From the sequence record MH383160.1: a DNA stretch of 64,000 nucleotides, one strand, 5' to 3'. The translations under genes were made by a program, and so were the position numbers. Each line of letters begins with the position of its first letter. The stretch's first letter is position 1. The notes below the pieces were generated by a model. That model saw only the letters and a program-made list of their open reading frames with translations, was not told where the DNA came from and did not search any database. Positions 10,188 through 22,410 of this stretch are shown piece after piece.

Positions 10188-10215
10188 ATTGTATCACATC
10201 ATTCTATCTTGTCAA
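10188..10215 (-). promoter_or_regulatory. sigma70-like early promoter (distal)
   Basis: TTGACA-N16-TACAAT with TG extension; shares GATGTGATA with the proximal copy. Confidence 0.75.
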
Positions 10216-10238
10216 CATTTATTTTTAATTCATTTTTC

Positions 10239-10619
10239 TTACATATGAATAGAAAATAACTGTTTAAAATCATCACAACACAATGTTAATTCAGTTATTA
10301 TCATTGCATCTGTCAGATATATGTACTGACCTTCAACATAATAAGGTGAAGTACATATTCTGTCAAGTGATGTAAACATTATAGAACTTTTAAATTCTCT
10401 TTGCAAGGGGATTTTTGTAAATTCATAAAGATTATTTTCTTTACAAATTCCATACCCAAACTTGCTAAGACGTAAACCACCGCCAGTTCTGAAATTTTCA
10501 AAAATTGACATCAGAAGCATACGGTCTGTTATTTCTGAATCTGATTCATGTACTTCCCTAACTTTGGAAAGTACATTATTTTGATATTCAGTACTGTTAT
10601 GTGATGGTTCTGGAAACAT
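10239..10619 (-). CDS. hypothetical protein
   Basis: 126-aa ORF packed in operon. Confidence 0.7.
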   Translation of the reverse strand: MFPEPSHNSTEYQNNVLSKVREVHESDSEITDRMLLMSIFENFRTGGGLRLSKFGYGICKENNLYEFTKIPLQREFKSSIMFTSLDRICTSPYYVEGQYIYLTDAMIITELTLCCDDFKQLFSIHM

Positions 10620-10622
10620 ATA

Positions 10623-11018
10623 TTAGTCTCCAACAAAACCTTGACGTGCAGCATAAGATGGTGCACCAGGCTCATTATAGTGTTGTACGCCTTCTTTGTC
10701 AATTGTTGGTCCCATACCTTCAGTTCCAAAACAACCTGCAATGGCTTCCAACACTTCTTCATCAGCAACTTCAGTACTTTCATCATTATATCGAATGTCA
10801 GACAAAATGTCACAGGCTTTTTGTAGTTTATCTACAATTTCTTTTTGGTCTTCACCAGATTTAATCTTATCAACAATATCAATAAGACATTTGGTAATAT
10901 CCTTAAGAACATCAACTGCTACAACATCGGATTCAACTTCAACTGAAAAACTTTCGTCTTCATCTCTTCCGGTAATTTCGTCTAACGCTTCAACTAGTTC
11001 ACGATAATTATATTGCAT
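10623..11018 (-). CDS. hypothetical acidic protein
   Basis: 131-aa ORF, GGAG SD. Confidence 0.7.
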   Translation of the reverse strand: MQYNYRELVEALDEITGRDEDESFSVEVESDVVAVDVLKDITKCLIDIVDKIKSGEDQKEIVDKLQKACDILSDIRYNDESTEVADEEVLEAIAGCFGTEGMGPTIDKEGVQHYNEPGAPSYAARQGFVGD

Positions 11019-11019
11019 A

Positions 11020-12000
11020 TTATTTGTCTCCTAAAAATTTCTTGTATTTTTCTTGGAGACTTTCAAAAATATCTTCTACTTCTTCATCAGAATCATCTTC
11101 CAAGTCAATGTTACCTTCAGGTGAATCATCTTCTTCACTTTCATTAACATTTAGTGGGTTATCTCCTAATGCAGTGCCTGGGAATTTTGGTTCAAATTTA
11201 TGAACACGATTTTCGTTCCCTTCATTATCATAATACTCAGGTTCTGGACGATTGTCAAGATCTTCATCTACAACACGTCTCCAATAAAATTGATTGCCTT
11301 TTGCAATTACAACAAAATGGTCACCTTCAACACCATTAGTCTTTAGTTGACCATCACGAACGGCATCAGCTTCAGTGTTATATGGACCATAATCAGTACT
11401 GTTAGATGGTTCTTCATCTTCAGAGATACTTAGATCTGGTAGAAATTGGGTATCTTTCATTTCTTTATCGGTAGCAGGATTACCCTCTACGGAAAAATCT
11501 TCGTCTTCTTCTTCGTTAATACCAGCAAGGGATAGCATACGACTAAAATCGAATTCTTCTTCAATAATTTCCTCTTCTTCCTCATCGTCTTCTTCAACTG
11601 ATTCTAGTTGAGGTTGACCACTAAGGTCAAGAGAAAAATCTTCTTCACCTTCTACACCTGGTTCTGAAAATTCAGCATCCATACTAACTTCATCTGTGTC
11701 AGCACCAAAATCACCAACATCAGCGGAAAGATCATCAACTGCCGCTGCTAGTGGGTCTTCAACTGAAGTTTCAATTCCACCAATTTCTTCTTCAGCACCA
11801 ATAGAATCGAGATCTAGTGGAGCAATAGGTGGAAGAGATGGAGTCATAGACCCCATTGATGGTACTGGAGCAGCAACTACTGGGTCTTGACGTTCAGCTT
11901 GACCAGCAAGAGCTAACATACGTGATAGTGTTTCCAAATCATCAGATTCTAAACCTGCGATATCGATTTTAACTTGTGCTTCATTAATTTTTTTAGCCAT
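11020..12000 (-). CDS. highly acidic protein, probable internal head/scaffold-like protein
   Basis: D/E-rich; several I/L/V-x-E motifs; TAAATA at 12034-12039. Confidence 0.5.
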   Translation of the reverse strand: MAKKINEAQVKIDIAGLESDDLETLSRMLALAGQAERQDPVVAAPVPSMGSMTPSLPPIAPLDLDSIGAEEEIGGIETSVEDPLAAAVDDLSADVGDFGADTDEVSMDAEFSEPGVEGEEDFSLDLSGQPQLESVEEDDEEEEEIIEEEFDFSRMLSLAGINEEEDEDFSVEGNPATDKEMKDTQFLPDLSISEDEEPSNSTDYGPYNTEADAVRDGQLKTNGVEGDHFVVIAKGNQFYWRRVVDEDLDNRPEPEYYDNEGNENRVHKFEPKFPGTALGDNPLNVNESEEDDSPEGNIDLEDDSDEEVEDIFESLQEKYKKFLGDK

Positions 12001-12022
12001 TTTAAATAAATCCTTTTAGTTA

Positions 12023-13540
12023 TCAATCATTATTATTTAATGATTTTAAAATTTGCACTGTTTCATCCTTTTTACCTGAAAGTAAAATGTCAGCAGCAAG
12101 TAGAGAAACCTCATCACCACGAGTTAGTAGTACTGTGATTTTTTTAGCATAAGGTGACTCTTTAATTTTAGAAGCTAATGATTGTACATCATCACCAGCA
12201 ATTGTTTCAGATTTAGTTTCTGGTTCAGAAACTTCGTCTGGTTTTTGTTCAGATTCTGGTTCTTTCTTAGGTTCTTCTTTTGATTGAATTTGCTCAGTAC
12301 CAGAGTCTACTTCAGGTGTTTCATCACTTTTAACTTCTTTATCTTGTTCATATTTGGCAAGTAATTTAGCAGCAGTTGCTTTTGGTATAAACTTACCATC
12401 AGCACTAATGAATCTGTCACCACCAACATACGAATATTCTTTGCCTTGTTTGGATTTAACTTTTGTACCGATTTTCATAGCACCGGAATTGTTATGACGG
12501 AAAATATCACGCTGTGCTGCTCGTTCAACACTTTTAGAAGCACTTGTGTTAAGTTGCTTTTTACTTTCGATATCATACCACAAGTTATTTTTCTTAGCGT
12601 ATGTTTTTCCTTTAGAAGAAGTCATTCTATAACCGTCAGGAACAGTAATGCTTTCAAATTCTTCAATTTCTTCATCTGCTTCATTAATTGATTCTTTAGT
12701 TGCAAATACTGGCTGTTTAGCTGGTTGTGAAGCTTGTTGTGGCTTTTCACCTGAACCAAAACGTTGCTCACTATGTTCTTGTTCACCCGTTAATGTTGGA
12801 AAATCACTTGGGTTATTCTTAACAAATTGCTGATATGCATTAATAATTGCATGTGCATTTTGTTCTGGAATTACTACATTACCATCATTATCACAAAATT
12901 CTTTACCATTCCACTCACAACGTGTATTGCCTTGTACTAAGGTTGATTTGATTGGAATTAGTTTATTTTTAGAAGCTAACTGACGAGCAATACGCATACC
13001 TTCATCTGATAGTTTACGGGTCATTGCTGGATCAACTGCTCGGCCTGATTTCATATCAACAAAACGGTGATTCTTTGGAACAAATTTAAAACCACTTACT
13101 TCCATACCTGCTGGAATTGATATATCATCAGCATATGGTGGAAGAATGTAAAATTTTAATGCATTCCATTCTTTTTGTAGTGTTTCTTTAGAAACATTAT
13201 ATACTCGATGATCATCTGCCATTAATTCAGTGATGAATTCACTTTCAGTTAATAGAATTCCATCTTTTGAATTGAAACGGTTTTCACCAATAAATGTACA
13301 CTCTTTACCTTCAACAATATATTTGTTACCAATCTTATATTCATTTGAAGCTAGATTGTGCTCGACAATCTGTTGTCGAGCACTTGCGTACATGGATGGG
13401 TATTTTCTAGGGTCTACCATTAACATATTATTGTCATTGAACCAGAATCCTTCAAGAAATACATATTTTGCACCAGTATGTGACGTATATACATATCCAT
13501 TAGGAACTGTGGTAGTTTCAGTACTGAAAAAATTATCCAT
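12023..13540 (-). CDS. protein with three internal repeats, probable internal virion protein
   Basis: Repeated VPxGY/IPAGM-type modules; LTESE and INEA motifs. Confidence 0.55.
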   Translation of the reverse strand: MDNFFSTETTTVPNGYVYTSHTGAKYVFLEGFWFNDNNMLMVDPRKYPSMYASARQQIVEHNLASNEYKIGNKYIVEGKECTFIGENRFNSKDGILLTESEFITELMADDHRVYNVSKETLQKEWNALKFYILPPYADDISIPAGMEVSGFKFVPKNHRFVDMKSGRAVDPAMTRKLSDEGMRIARQLASKNKLIPIKSTLVQGNTRCEWNGKEFCDNDGNVVIPEQNAHAIINAYQQFVKNNPSDFPTLTGEQEHSEQRFGSGEKPQQASQPAKQPVFATKESINEADEEIEEFESITVPDGYRMTSSKGKTYAKKNNLWYDIESKKQLNTSASKSVERAAQRDIFRHNNSGAMKIGTKVKSKQGKEYSYVGGDRFISADGKFIPKATAAKLLAKYEQDKEVKSDETPEVDSGTEQIQSKEEPKKEPESEQKPDEVSEPETKSETIAGDDVQSLASKIKESPYAKKITVLLTRGDEVSLLAADILLSGKKDETVQILKSLNNND

Positions 13541-13553
13541 GTGTTGATTCTCC

Positions 13554-14096
13554 TTAAGAAAGCATACGTAACAGTTGGTCGCGTTGCTCTGGACTTAATT
13601 TTTGTAGAGCATCAGGGATACTGGAACCTTGTGCTTTTGGTTGTTCTTGTTGTGCTGGTTGCTCAGTTGAGGTCGATTGTGATGGTTGTGATTCTGAACT
13701 TTCTTCGCCACCTTGTTGGTCACGGTAGTCATTCATTATATCACGAGCAGCATTTAATAGAGCAGTACCTACATCTTTTGGTGTAAAAGAACGACGAGGA
13801 TTGTTCCCTAAATGTTTAATATCAAGATTGTTACCTTTAAAAAACTGTGCCACATCAGCGTAAGGTACTGATGGTTGAGCTTTACCATATTTACGTCCAA
13901 CATAACGTTTAAACTCTGCCCATAAGCGGTTGGCTTCAGCACCAACTTCTTGTGCACCTTGTTCAATCTGTCCACTACCAAAAAAGCCTTTTACTTTTCC
14001 TTTTGCACTATCAACTGCACTTTGTGAACGACTATAAGGACGAGCTTCATTTAACTCATTGTCTTCATAATCTAACATTTCATTAAGTATACTCAT
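13554..14096 (-). CDS. hypothetical protein, probable internal head protein
   Basis: N-terminal ILNE/LNEA motifs; Q-rich tail. Confidence 0.55.
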   Translation of the reverse strand: MSILNEMLDYEDNELNEARPYSRSQSAVDSAKGKVKGFFGSGQIEQGAQEVGAEANRLWAEFKRYVGRKYGKAQPSVPYADVAQFFKGNNLDIKHLGNNPRRSFTPKDVGTALLNAARDIMNDYRDQQGGEESSESQPSQSTSTEQPAQQEQPKAQGSSIPDALQKLSPEQRDQLLRMLS

Positions 14097-14099
14097 GTG

Positions 14100-14636
14100 T
14101 TAATCCTTTTTACCAAAACCAGCACTCATATATTGAGAGTATTTATTGTCTTTTTTCGATGCTTCAATTGCATCATCAACGGCAGTGTCTGCACGTTGTT
14201 GTCCAGCTAAGTCATAACTGTCTTCTGGTTTGCCAAAATCCACTCCAATAACTGGTTCATCAACATCATCAAAATCGATATCATCTTCCAAATCAGTCAT
14301 TTCAATTTGACGAGGTTCATCTTTACTACGAACACGAATCAATGCTTCTGTCATGCTTAGTAAATTGCCAATTTCATACATTAGTACATTTGATTGAACG
14401 CCACGATGACATTTAAAGTCAAACATCCAAATTTCACCACAATCTAATTCATAGAAATCTAATGGTTTTTCCATAAAAATTGTTTTCTTTAGTGCTCCAA
14501 TTTCAAACGCATCATAGCGATCCATTAGTCGCTGTGTTACTTTACTAAGTTGTTCAGGTGTTGGTTCAACTGCAAACTTAACTCGGTATTCATAAACTGG
14601 TTTCTTTTCAGTTAGGATTTGTTGTAATCTATTCAT
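14100..14636 (-). CDS. hypothetical protein (late gene)
   Basis: ILTE N-terminus; TAAATA at 14665-14670. Confidence 0.65.
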   Translation of the reverse strand: MNRLQQILTEKKPVYEYRVKFAVEPTPEQLSKVTQRLMDRYDAFEIGALKKTIFMEKPLDFYELDCGEIWMFDFKCHRGVQSNVLMYEIGNLLSMTEALIRVRSKDEPRQIEMTDLEDDIDFDDVDEPVIGVDFGKPEDSYDLAGQQRADTAVDDAIEASKKDNKYSQYMSAGFGKKD

Positions 14637-14663
14637 TTTAATAACTCCATAAGGTCGTTTAAG

Positions 14664-16771
<2,108 letters not shown>

Positions 16772-16782
16772 TCATTATCTCC

Positions 16783-17559
16783 TTAAAATCCTACACTACC
16801 AAAAACACGATCAATGATATCTAAACCTTGATTGACATTTTCAGGTAAAAGTGAATTAATTCTGGTACTATACATTTCTTCAATATTATCAAATTGTATA
16901 CAATTATCTGGTTTGATAGTCACTACCATTTCAACTGGAGAACTTGAGCTATAATCTAATGAATCGTATGATATGTTTTGAATAACACATCCGGTTAAAA
17001 CAAAGTATTCCATAACACCAGCACTGTTATATGAAGAACCACCAATAAATTGATCTACTGCATTTACTAAGCCAGAATTATTTGTTGCAGCAGTTGCAGC
17101 ATCTACTAGAGTATCTCTTCCTAGATTTCCTAGTGTATCATCTGAGTTACGTCCACTCAACATCTGTATAACCAAACCAAATTTATAAGATCCATAATCT
17201 TGGTCATTTCTGGAAGTTATTCTACGTTGAAAGTCAAGTTGTTTTTGTAATTGTCGTGATAATGCTTTTGCTGATGCATTACCAACTGAATCACGAATAG
17301 ATATTGTAATTGGTTCCCAATCATGACTACCTATATAGGAAGTATTAGTAGTAAATTGATATAGTTTATGAGTACTAAATGTTACAGTAGGTCTATCAAT
17401 TTTATCAACATCTAATGCGATGTGATCACGTTCATCTATATCAGTACCGAAATTATACACAATAACACGAAACTTGTATTTTGCTTTCGGTTGTAGCATT
17501 GAACGATTACGCCCCGATGGTAAAGGAACGCCATATTTATTAATCATGTTATTTGCCAT
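16783..17559 (-). CDS. tail tube protein paralog (gp19-like)
   Basis: Start moved to ATG 17559 (GAGG SD); KAKYKFRV...WEPITISIRDSVGN; paralogous to 17656..18342. Confidence 0.75.
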   Translation of the reverse strand: MANNMINKYGVPLPSGRNRSMLQPKAKYKFRVIVYNFGTDIDERDHIALDVDKIDRPTVTFSTHKLYQFTTNTSYIGSHDWEPITISIRDSVGNASAKALSRQLQKQLDFQRRITSRNDQDYGSYKFGLVIQMLSGRNSDDTLGNLGRDTLVDAATAATNNSGLVNAVDQFIGGSSYNSAGVMEYFVLTGCVIQNISYDSLDYSSSSPVEMVVTIKPDNCIQFDNIEEMYSTRINSLLPENVNQGLDIIDRVFGSVGF

Positions 17560-17596
17560 AGCAACCTCTTTTTTTATTTTATAAGGCATTATACTT

Positions 17597-17602
17597 TATT
17601 TA
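17597..17602 (-). promoter_or_regulatory. putative late promoter (TAAATA)
   Basis: 38 nt upstream of tube paralog start. Confidence 0.55.
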
Positions 17603-17655
17603 GCATAAAAAAAGCCCCGAATAGATTCGAGGCTATATATTAAGTTTAAATAAAA

Positions 17656-18342
17656 TTAATTTTCGTAGAAGTTACTATCTGGTAGAGTAGTACTACTAAT
17701 ATTAGTTTGTGCACCAGAAATAGAGGTAGCAGTTGATGGATTACCGAAGCCACTAACTTCATCACCGAACGCTTCGCCATTTGGACCCAATTTAGCACAA
17801 CCATCTGGTTGAACAGTCATTGAAATAACTTGTGCTTCACTTGAGGAATAATCCCAATCACCAAAGTTGCTGGATTCAATAAAGCAACCTTGACATACCC
17901 AAGTACTCAATGTTCCTTCAAACAAGTTTGTTGTATTTTCACTATTAGAACCATCAAGTTCTTGAATCCACATTTCGAATTTAAATTGTGAATCAGTCAT
18001 GCGAGATTCTTGACTGTAGTAGTTGAATTCTTTACGCATTTGGTTGTATAGTGCTTTAGCAGAAGCATTACCTACTGAGTCACGGAAAGCAACATCAATT
18101 GTATCCCAAGTGTACTTACCTTTATAGTGTGCAGAACTGTTGTAACTATGAACAGTGACATTTTCATGTGATACAGATACTGCCCCAACTGTATTGGTGT
18201 CTAGTGTAATCATATTACCATCATCATTAGTACCAAAACCAAAGAAAATAACACGAAATTTGTATTTTGCTTTTGGTTGTTTCATAGAGATACGACCACC
18301 GCCAGCGAGCGGTACGCCATATCGATCAAGCATTGTAGCCAT
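17656..18342 (-). CDS. tail tube protein (gp19-like)
   Basis: KAKYKFRV...WDTIDVAFRDSVGN, W.CQGCFI, WDYSSSE; downstream of sheath gene. Confidence 0.8.
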   Translation of the reverse strand: MATMLDRYGVPLAGGGRISMKQPKAKYKFRVIFFGFGTNDDGNMITLDTNTVGAVSVSHENVTVHSYNSSAHYKGKYTWDTIDVAFRDSVGNASAKALYNQMRKEFNYYSQESRMTDSQFKFEMWIQELDGSNSENTTNLFEGTLSTWVCQGCFIESSNFGDWDYSSSEAQVISMTVQPDGCAKLGPNGEAFGDEVSGFGNPSTATSISGAQTNISSTTLPDSNFYEN

Positions 18343-18377
18343 TTATATTCTCCTATTATGGAATGACATCTTTATAT

Positions 18378-18383
18378 TATTTA
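18378..18383 (-). promoter_or_regulatory. putative late promoter (TAAATA)
   Basis: 36 nt upstream of tube gene. Confidence 0.55.
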
Positions 18384-18402
18384 TCTATCTGGAAGTATAT
18401 TT

Positions 18403-18658
18403 TTAATTAACTAAAGTGTCATCAACAGGGAACCAATTAATATTAACACAATATAAGTATCTTTTTCGTTTAGTGTGGTCAATATAGTTTACTGATATAG
18501 ACCATTTTCCATTTGTGTATACTTCGTATTTTTCAATTATACCGACAATCTTCCAAATTTTTTAAAAATATATTTAGTATGTGTACTGATTCCAACTGAG
18601 TTAAAACTATTTTACTGACATCTTGTATTGTTTTTTTTAGTATTTCTTCCATATCCAT
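18403..18658 (-). pseudogene. possible small gene broken by a +1 frameshift
   Basis: ATG 18658 with AAGGA SD gives MDMEEILKK...FLKNLEDCRYN*; the +1 frame continues IWKIVGII...VDDTLVN* across a T5A6 run. Confidence 0.35.
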
Positions 18659-18710
18659 AATGTTCCTTTATAACATCAATATAAAGGTATTTAATTTTAA
18701 TCAATAAAAA

Positions 18711-18730
18711 AGGGAACCAAAAGGTTCCCT
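18711..18730 (-). terminator. intrinsic terminator after sheath gene
   Basis: AGGGAACC-AAAA-GGTTCCCT with A run on + strand. Confidence 0.85.
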
Positions 18731-18737
18731 TAGTGTT

Positions 18738-21401
18738 TTATTGAGTTTTCTCGATACGGATTGGTACGTAAATGAAGTTAATACTCTTAGTTGGTTGAAT
18801 TGCAATATCCATCCAAAGTTCATTACGGTCAATACGCTCTGCGGTGTTGTTACTTTCATCACAAACCACTGCGAAGTTATAAAGACCCTGTTGTTGAACA
18901 ATTTCAGCCAAGAAGCTATTAACTACACCACTAAATTCCTGACGAGTACTTGGAGTATTCAAACGGAATAGGAATGGTTCGGAAATAATTTCTAGTTGAC
19001 GACGAATATAAACAACTAAACGAGCAACGTTAACACGACTTAGTGCAGAAGTTTGATTAGCAGATAGAGTTTTATCTCCATAAACAAGCAAACCACGGTT
19101 AGGACGCATTGCAATTGGGTTAATGTTGTTAGTATACATAACGTCACGTTGACCTTGGTTGTATACTACTGGTTGATATTCACCTTCGCTGTTGATAAAA
19201 CCAGTACTTGCAGCGTTTGTTACAACACCACGAGTTGTACCAGCAGGTGGATACCATACATAACTAACACTATCACTGTATGCATATGTACGCATTGCAA
19301 TAGTACTACCAGGAACTGCAACTTCTTCACCATCAACGTTAGTACTTAGACACCAACCCATATACTGAGCAGCATAATCATAAGCAGTTGTACGACCAAC
19401 TGAACCGTTGCTTGGTGCATTGTTAGCATTAGTAGCCCATTGTTGTACAGCACTACCGTTTCCGGTTGGATTCAAACGTGCTGGAACGTCAGTAACAATA
19501 AATGCAGTTTCTTTACGATCAGTGTTTAAAGTTACACATTCATCAAGTGTTTCAACGTAACCAGGTACACAAATTAGGTTAAAATCAATAAATTCAGAAC
19601 GAATGTCATCATTACCAATAATAACAGCAGCTAGTGCTTCAACTACTAGTTGACGTTGTGCAGCACGACCAAATAGGCCAGCACCATCAAGACTTACACC
19701 ACTAACAACTTCCCATTGACCATTAACCATTTTCTTAACAACACCTTCAGTGTTACCTAGGTCAACTGCAAGCATACCATTTTGATACAATGCCGCAGCA
19801 GGAACTTGGCTTGGGAAATTAAAGTCTTGGAAAATCATACCATTTAGTGTACTTTGATCAGTACTGTCAAGTTTAACCCATTCACCATCAACGTTACGAT
19901 AGAAATCATAACCATCAATGCCTTGAGACAAAGGACAAACCCAAATTAAACGGTCAGCCGCTGGTTCATCAACTTGTACATATTTGTTTTCTTCTTGTAC
20001 TAGATCCCATTCATCATTAGCAACATCAGCAACATACATAGTTACAGTTAGATTATCGGAGTTCCCGAAATCATACCAGAGAGTTCCTTCTTTTGCTACA
20101 CTACGTGGTACTGAATAACTAACACGGAAGTTATTCACGTTAATTAGAGAGTAGTTGTTACTATCTACTGTTAGTTTTTGTAGTTCAGATTCAGCAAAAA
20201 TATCATCACCACTTTGTGTGATTTTGAAACTGTAACCTTTTGTATTGGAAACAACTAAACCACCATTAGTTTCACGTTTAAATTTAAAACCATCGTTAAT
20301 AATTTCAGCATTTGCATTTAGATTATTGATGATAGTTTGGGTATTAATAACACCGCCTTGTGGAACTGCTAGTACTTTAACTGATTTATTCAAATAAACA
20401 AAAGTCATATAACTATCAGCACCTGCTTGTTCAATAATAGTTTCACCAAGTGGCAAAGCAGGAGCACTAATTGTTGTTAGTTTTGCACTTTGAATATAGA
20501 AAGAGAAACTCTTACTATCTTCATCAAAACGAGATGCGATATAACTATTGTTTAGTACACCACTTTTCGCTTCAATTTCTTGGAATGAATTACCAGTATA
20601 TGCTGGTACAATATTCCAAACTTGAGTTAGGGATGCATAACGTTTAATAACAAAACGAGTACCAAAATAGTTTGAACCATTTTGGGTGTAACCATCACGA
20701 ATCCAAATGTTACCTTTTTCTACAGTTGAGCCAACTGGAACTTTGTTAATTGGTGATAGATAAGTTTCCATTTGCACTAGCCCAGAAGCAGAACGTTTAT
20801 ACATTAGCATCTGACCATTGCTTGGTTTGTAACGTAGAACTAAATCATCAACATTTAAACCTACTAGACTTACATCTTCAACTTCTTCAGCACTTACAAT
20901 AGTTACTGGCTTAAGTTGCCAATCATAAAAACTGCTTGGACTATCTTTCTTCGCTACATACGCTTCTACTTGTGATTGTGCGGTATCAAACCACAAAGTA
21001 CCATTGGATACTGGGCCAGTTGGTGCTTCAGCACTTGGTGCTAGTTGTGCTAGATCGATATCAGCACGAATTACATATGCACGGTTAGTAATGCCTAGAT
21101 AAGAATATACTGCATGTAGGCCATATTCGTTTAGTTCATCACCTTGAACAACAGAACCGTTATTCATTTGAAAAATTGGTGTACCATAGGTATCAAGTGA
21201 GCTTTTTTGTGATGTTAGAAGCTGTAGTTTTCCAGCGTTTGCTTTAGTAGTTCCCGCAGCTATTGCACTGCTTCCTGGGACAAGTTTGTCTTCAGCAGTA
21301 GCGATTACAAATAGTGGTACAGTGCCAGGAGCAGCAGCGGTACTCATACTTTCATCAGTTACTGAAATGGAAACGCCAGGTGAGAGTAGATCTCCTGCCA
21401 T
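18738..21401 (-). CDS. contractile tail sheath protein (gp18-like)
   Basis: LSPGVSISVTDES N-terminus; PPAG.TRG, NINPI, YGDKTL, RVNVARL, ERIDRNELWMDIAIQP. Confidence 0.95.
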   Translation of the reverse strand: MAGDLLSPGVSISVTDESMSTAAAPGTVPLFVIATAEDKLVPGSSAIAAGTTKANAGKLQLLTSQKSSLDTYGTPIFQMNNGSVVQGDELNEYGLHAVYSYLGITNRAYVIRADIDLAQLAPSAEAPTGPVSNGTLWFDTAQSQVEAYVAKKDSPSSFYDWQLKPVTIVSAEEVEDVSLVGLNVDDLVLRYKPSNGQMLMYKRSASGLVQMETYLSPINKVPVGSTVEKGNIWIRDGYTQNGSNYFGTRFVIKRYASLTQVWNIVPAYTGNSFQEIEAKSGVLNNSYIASRFDEDSKSFSFYIQSAKLTTISAPALPLGETIIEQAGADSYMTFVYLNKSVKVLAVPQGGVINTQTIINNLNANAEIINDGFKFKRETNGGLVVSNTKGYSFKITQSGDDIFAESELQKLTVDSNNYSLINVNNFRVSYSVPRSVAKEGTLWYDFGNSDNLTVTMYVADVANDEWDLVQEENKYVQVDEPAADRLIWVCPLSQGIDGYDFYRNVDGEWVKLDSTDQSTLNGMIFQDFNFPSQVPAAALYQNGMLAVDLGNTEGVVKKMVNGQWEVVSGVSLDGAGLFGRAAQRQLVVEALAAVIIGNDDIRSEFIDFNLICVPGYVETLDECVTLNTDRKETAFIVTDVPARLNPTGNGSAVQQWATNANNAPSNGSVGRTTAYDYAAQYMGWCLSTNVDGEEVAVPGSTIAMRTYAYSDSVSYVWYPPAGTTRGVVTNAASTGFINSEGEYQPVVYNQGQRDVMYTNNINPIAMRPNRGLLVYGDKTLSANQTSALSRVNVARLVVYIRRQLEIISEPFLFRLNTPSTRQEFSGVVNSFLAEIVQQQGLYNFAVVCDESNNTAERIDRNELWMDIAIQPTKSINFIYVPIRIEKTQ

Positions 21402-21451
21402 ATTAAATCCTCCAAAAATAATTGGTTATTCGAAATATATTCGTATAGTCT

Positions 21452-21457
21452 TATTTA
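21452..21457 (-). promoter_or_regulatory. putative late promoter (TAAATA)
   Basis: 51 nt upstream of sheath start. Confidence 0.5.
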
Positions 21458-21495
21458 TTGAAGGATTTAATTGTCCAGTCCTTATTGTTTATAAT

Positions 21496-22122
21496 TTATG
21501 TATTAGAATAAATAATGTCCATTGCTTTTTTATGTAAATCATCAATAGTACTGTTATTCTGTACAATTATATCAGGATTGTTTATGCCAATCCAAGCCCA
21601 CTCAGATTCGTGTACTGATTCTAGTTCAACTGGTTTAATATTAATATCCCCTTTATTATAAGAGGCCGCCAAACCATACCAATGTGGTAGAACACGTTGA
21701 ACTTCAATAATAGTCCCATTTTGCGATCTAATCATTTTTAATTCATTTGGAAAACGGCAATCAGTGATGATGATATTTCCATCTATTTCTTGCATTGATT
21801 TTTCTAAACTGAATACCCAAATATCATTATGAAAATACTTACGCAAAATATTAGTACCATAATTCTGCAATACCCATCGAGGGGATACATCACTACGACC
21901 TAACTTATCACACCAGTACTGGTCCGGTTCTTCACGAATCTTACGACTTTCCTTAGTTGAACCTTCAAGCATTTCACGATCCCATCCAAAAATAGCAGCA
22001 ACGGAATCTTTAAGATTAGTTGCAAATGACATTCTGGTGTAACCATTATTAATAAAAGTTTCTCCAAAAGTATCTTTACCACTTCCAATAGTACCGTTAA
22101 TTGCAATTATTTGTCTTTCCAT
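21496..22122 (-). CDS. deoxynucleoside monophosphate kinase (T4 gp1-like)
   Basis: INGTIGSGKDT P-loop; SPRWVLQNYGT; ITDCRFPNE; HESE. Confidence 0.9.
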   Translation of the reverse strand: MERQIIAINGTIGSGKDTFGETFINNGYTRMSFATNLKDSVAAIFGWDREMLEGSTKESRKIREEPDQYWCDKLGRSDVSPRWVLQNYGTNILRKYFHNDIWVFSLEKSMQEIDGNIIITDCRFPNELKMIRSQNGTIIEVQRVLPHWYGLAASYNKGDINIKPVELESVHESEWAWIGINNPDIIVQNNSTIDDLHKKAMDIIYSNT

Positions 22123-22140
22123 AATACTTCTCCATGTATA

Positions 22141-22410
22141 TTATATAAGTACTACTAAATCCTTTCCTACTAAACATTCAAGTAATTGAACTATAAACTC
22201 GCTCCCATAATATATAGTAACATAAGTGATGTAGAATGTTTCTCCATTATCATCACGACATATACTCGCCCACGCGTTTATTCGATCTCTACCAAAAACA
22301 TCAACGATTGATTCTTTTAAAAATTTCCAGAATTTTTCAGTTGACTCATAATCTAATGTAGGTGCACCACAACTATATTTGTTATACATTGCATCTATGT
22401 TGTTATTCAT
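22141..22410 (-). CDS. hypothetical protein
   Basis: 89-aa ORF below a TGATATAAT -10. Confidence 0.65.
   Translation of the reverse strand: MNNNIDAMYNKYSCGAPTLDYESTEKFWKFLKESIVDVFGRDRINAWASICRDDNGETFYITYVTIYYGSEFIVQLLECLVGKDLVVLI

Noticed and set aside
10032-10259. 75-aa plus-strand ORF
   Set aside because: It is the reverse complement of the twin-promoter region and has no SD.
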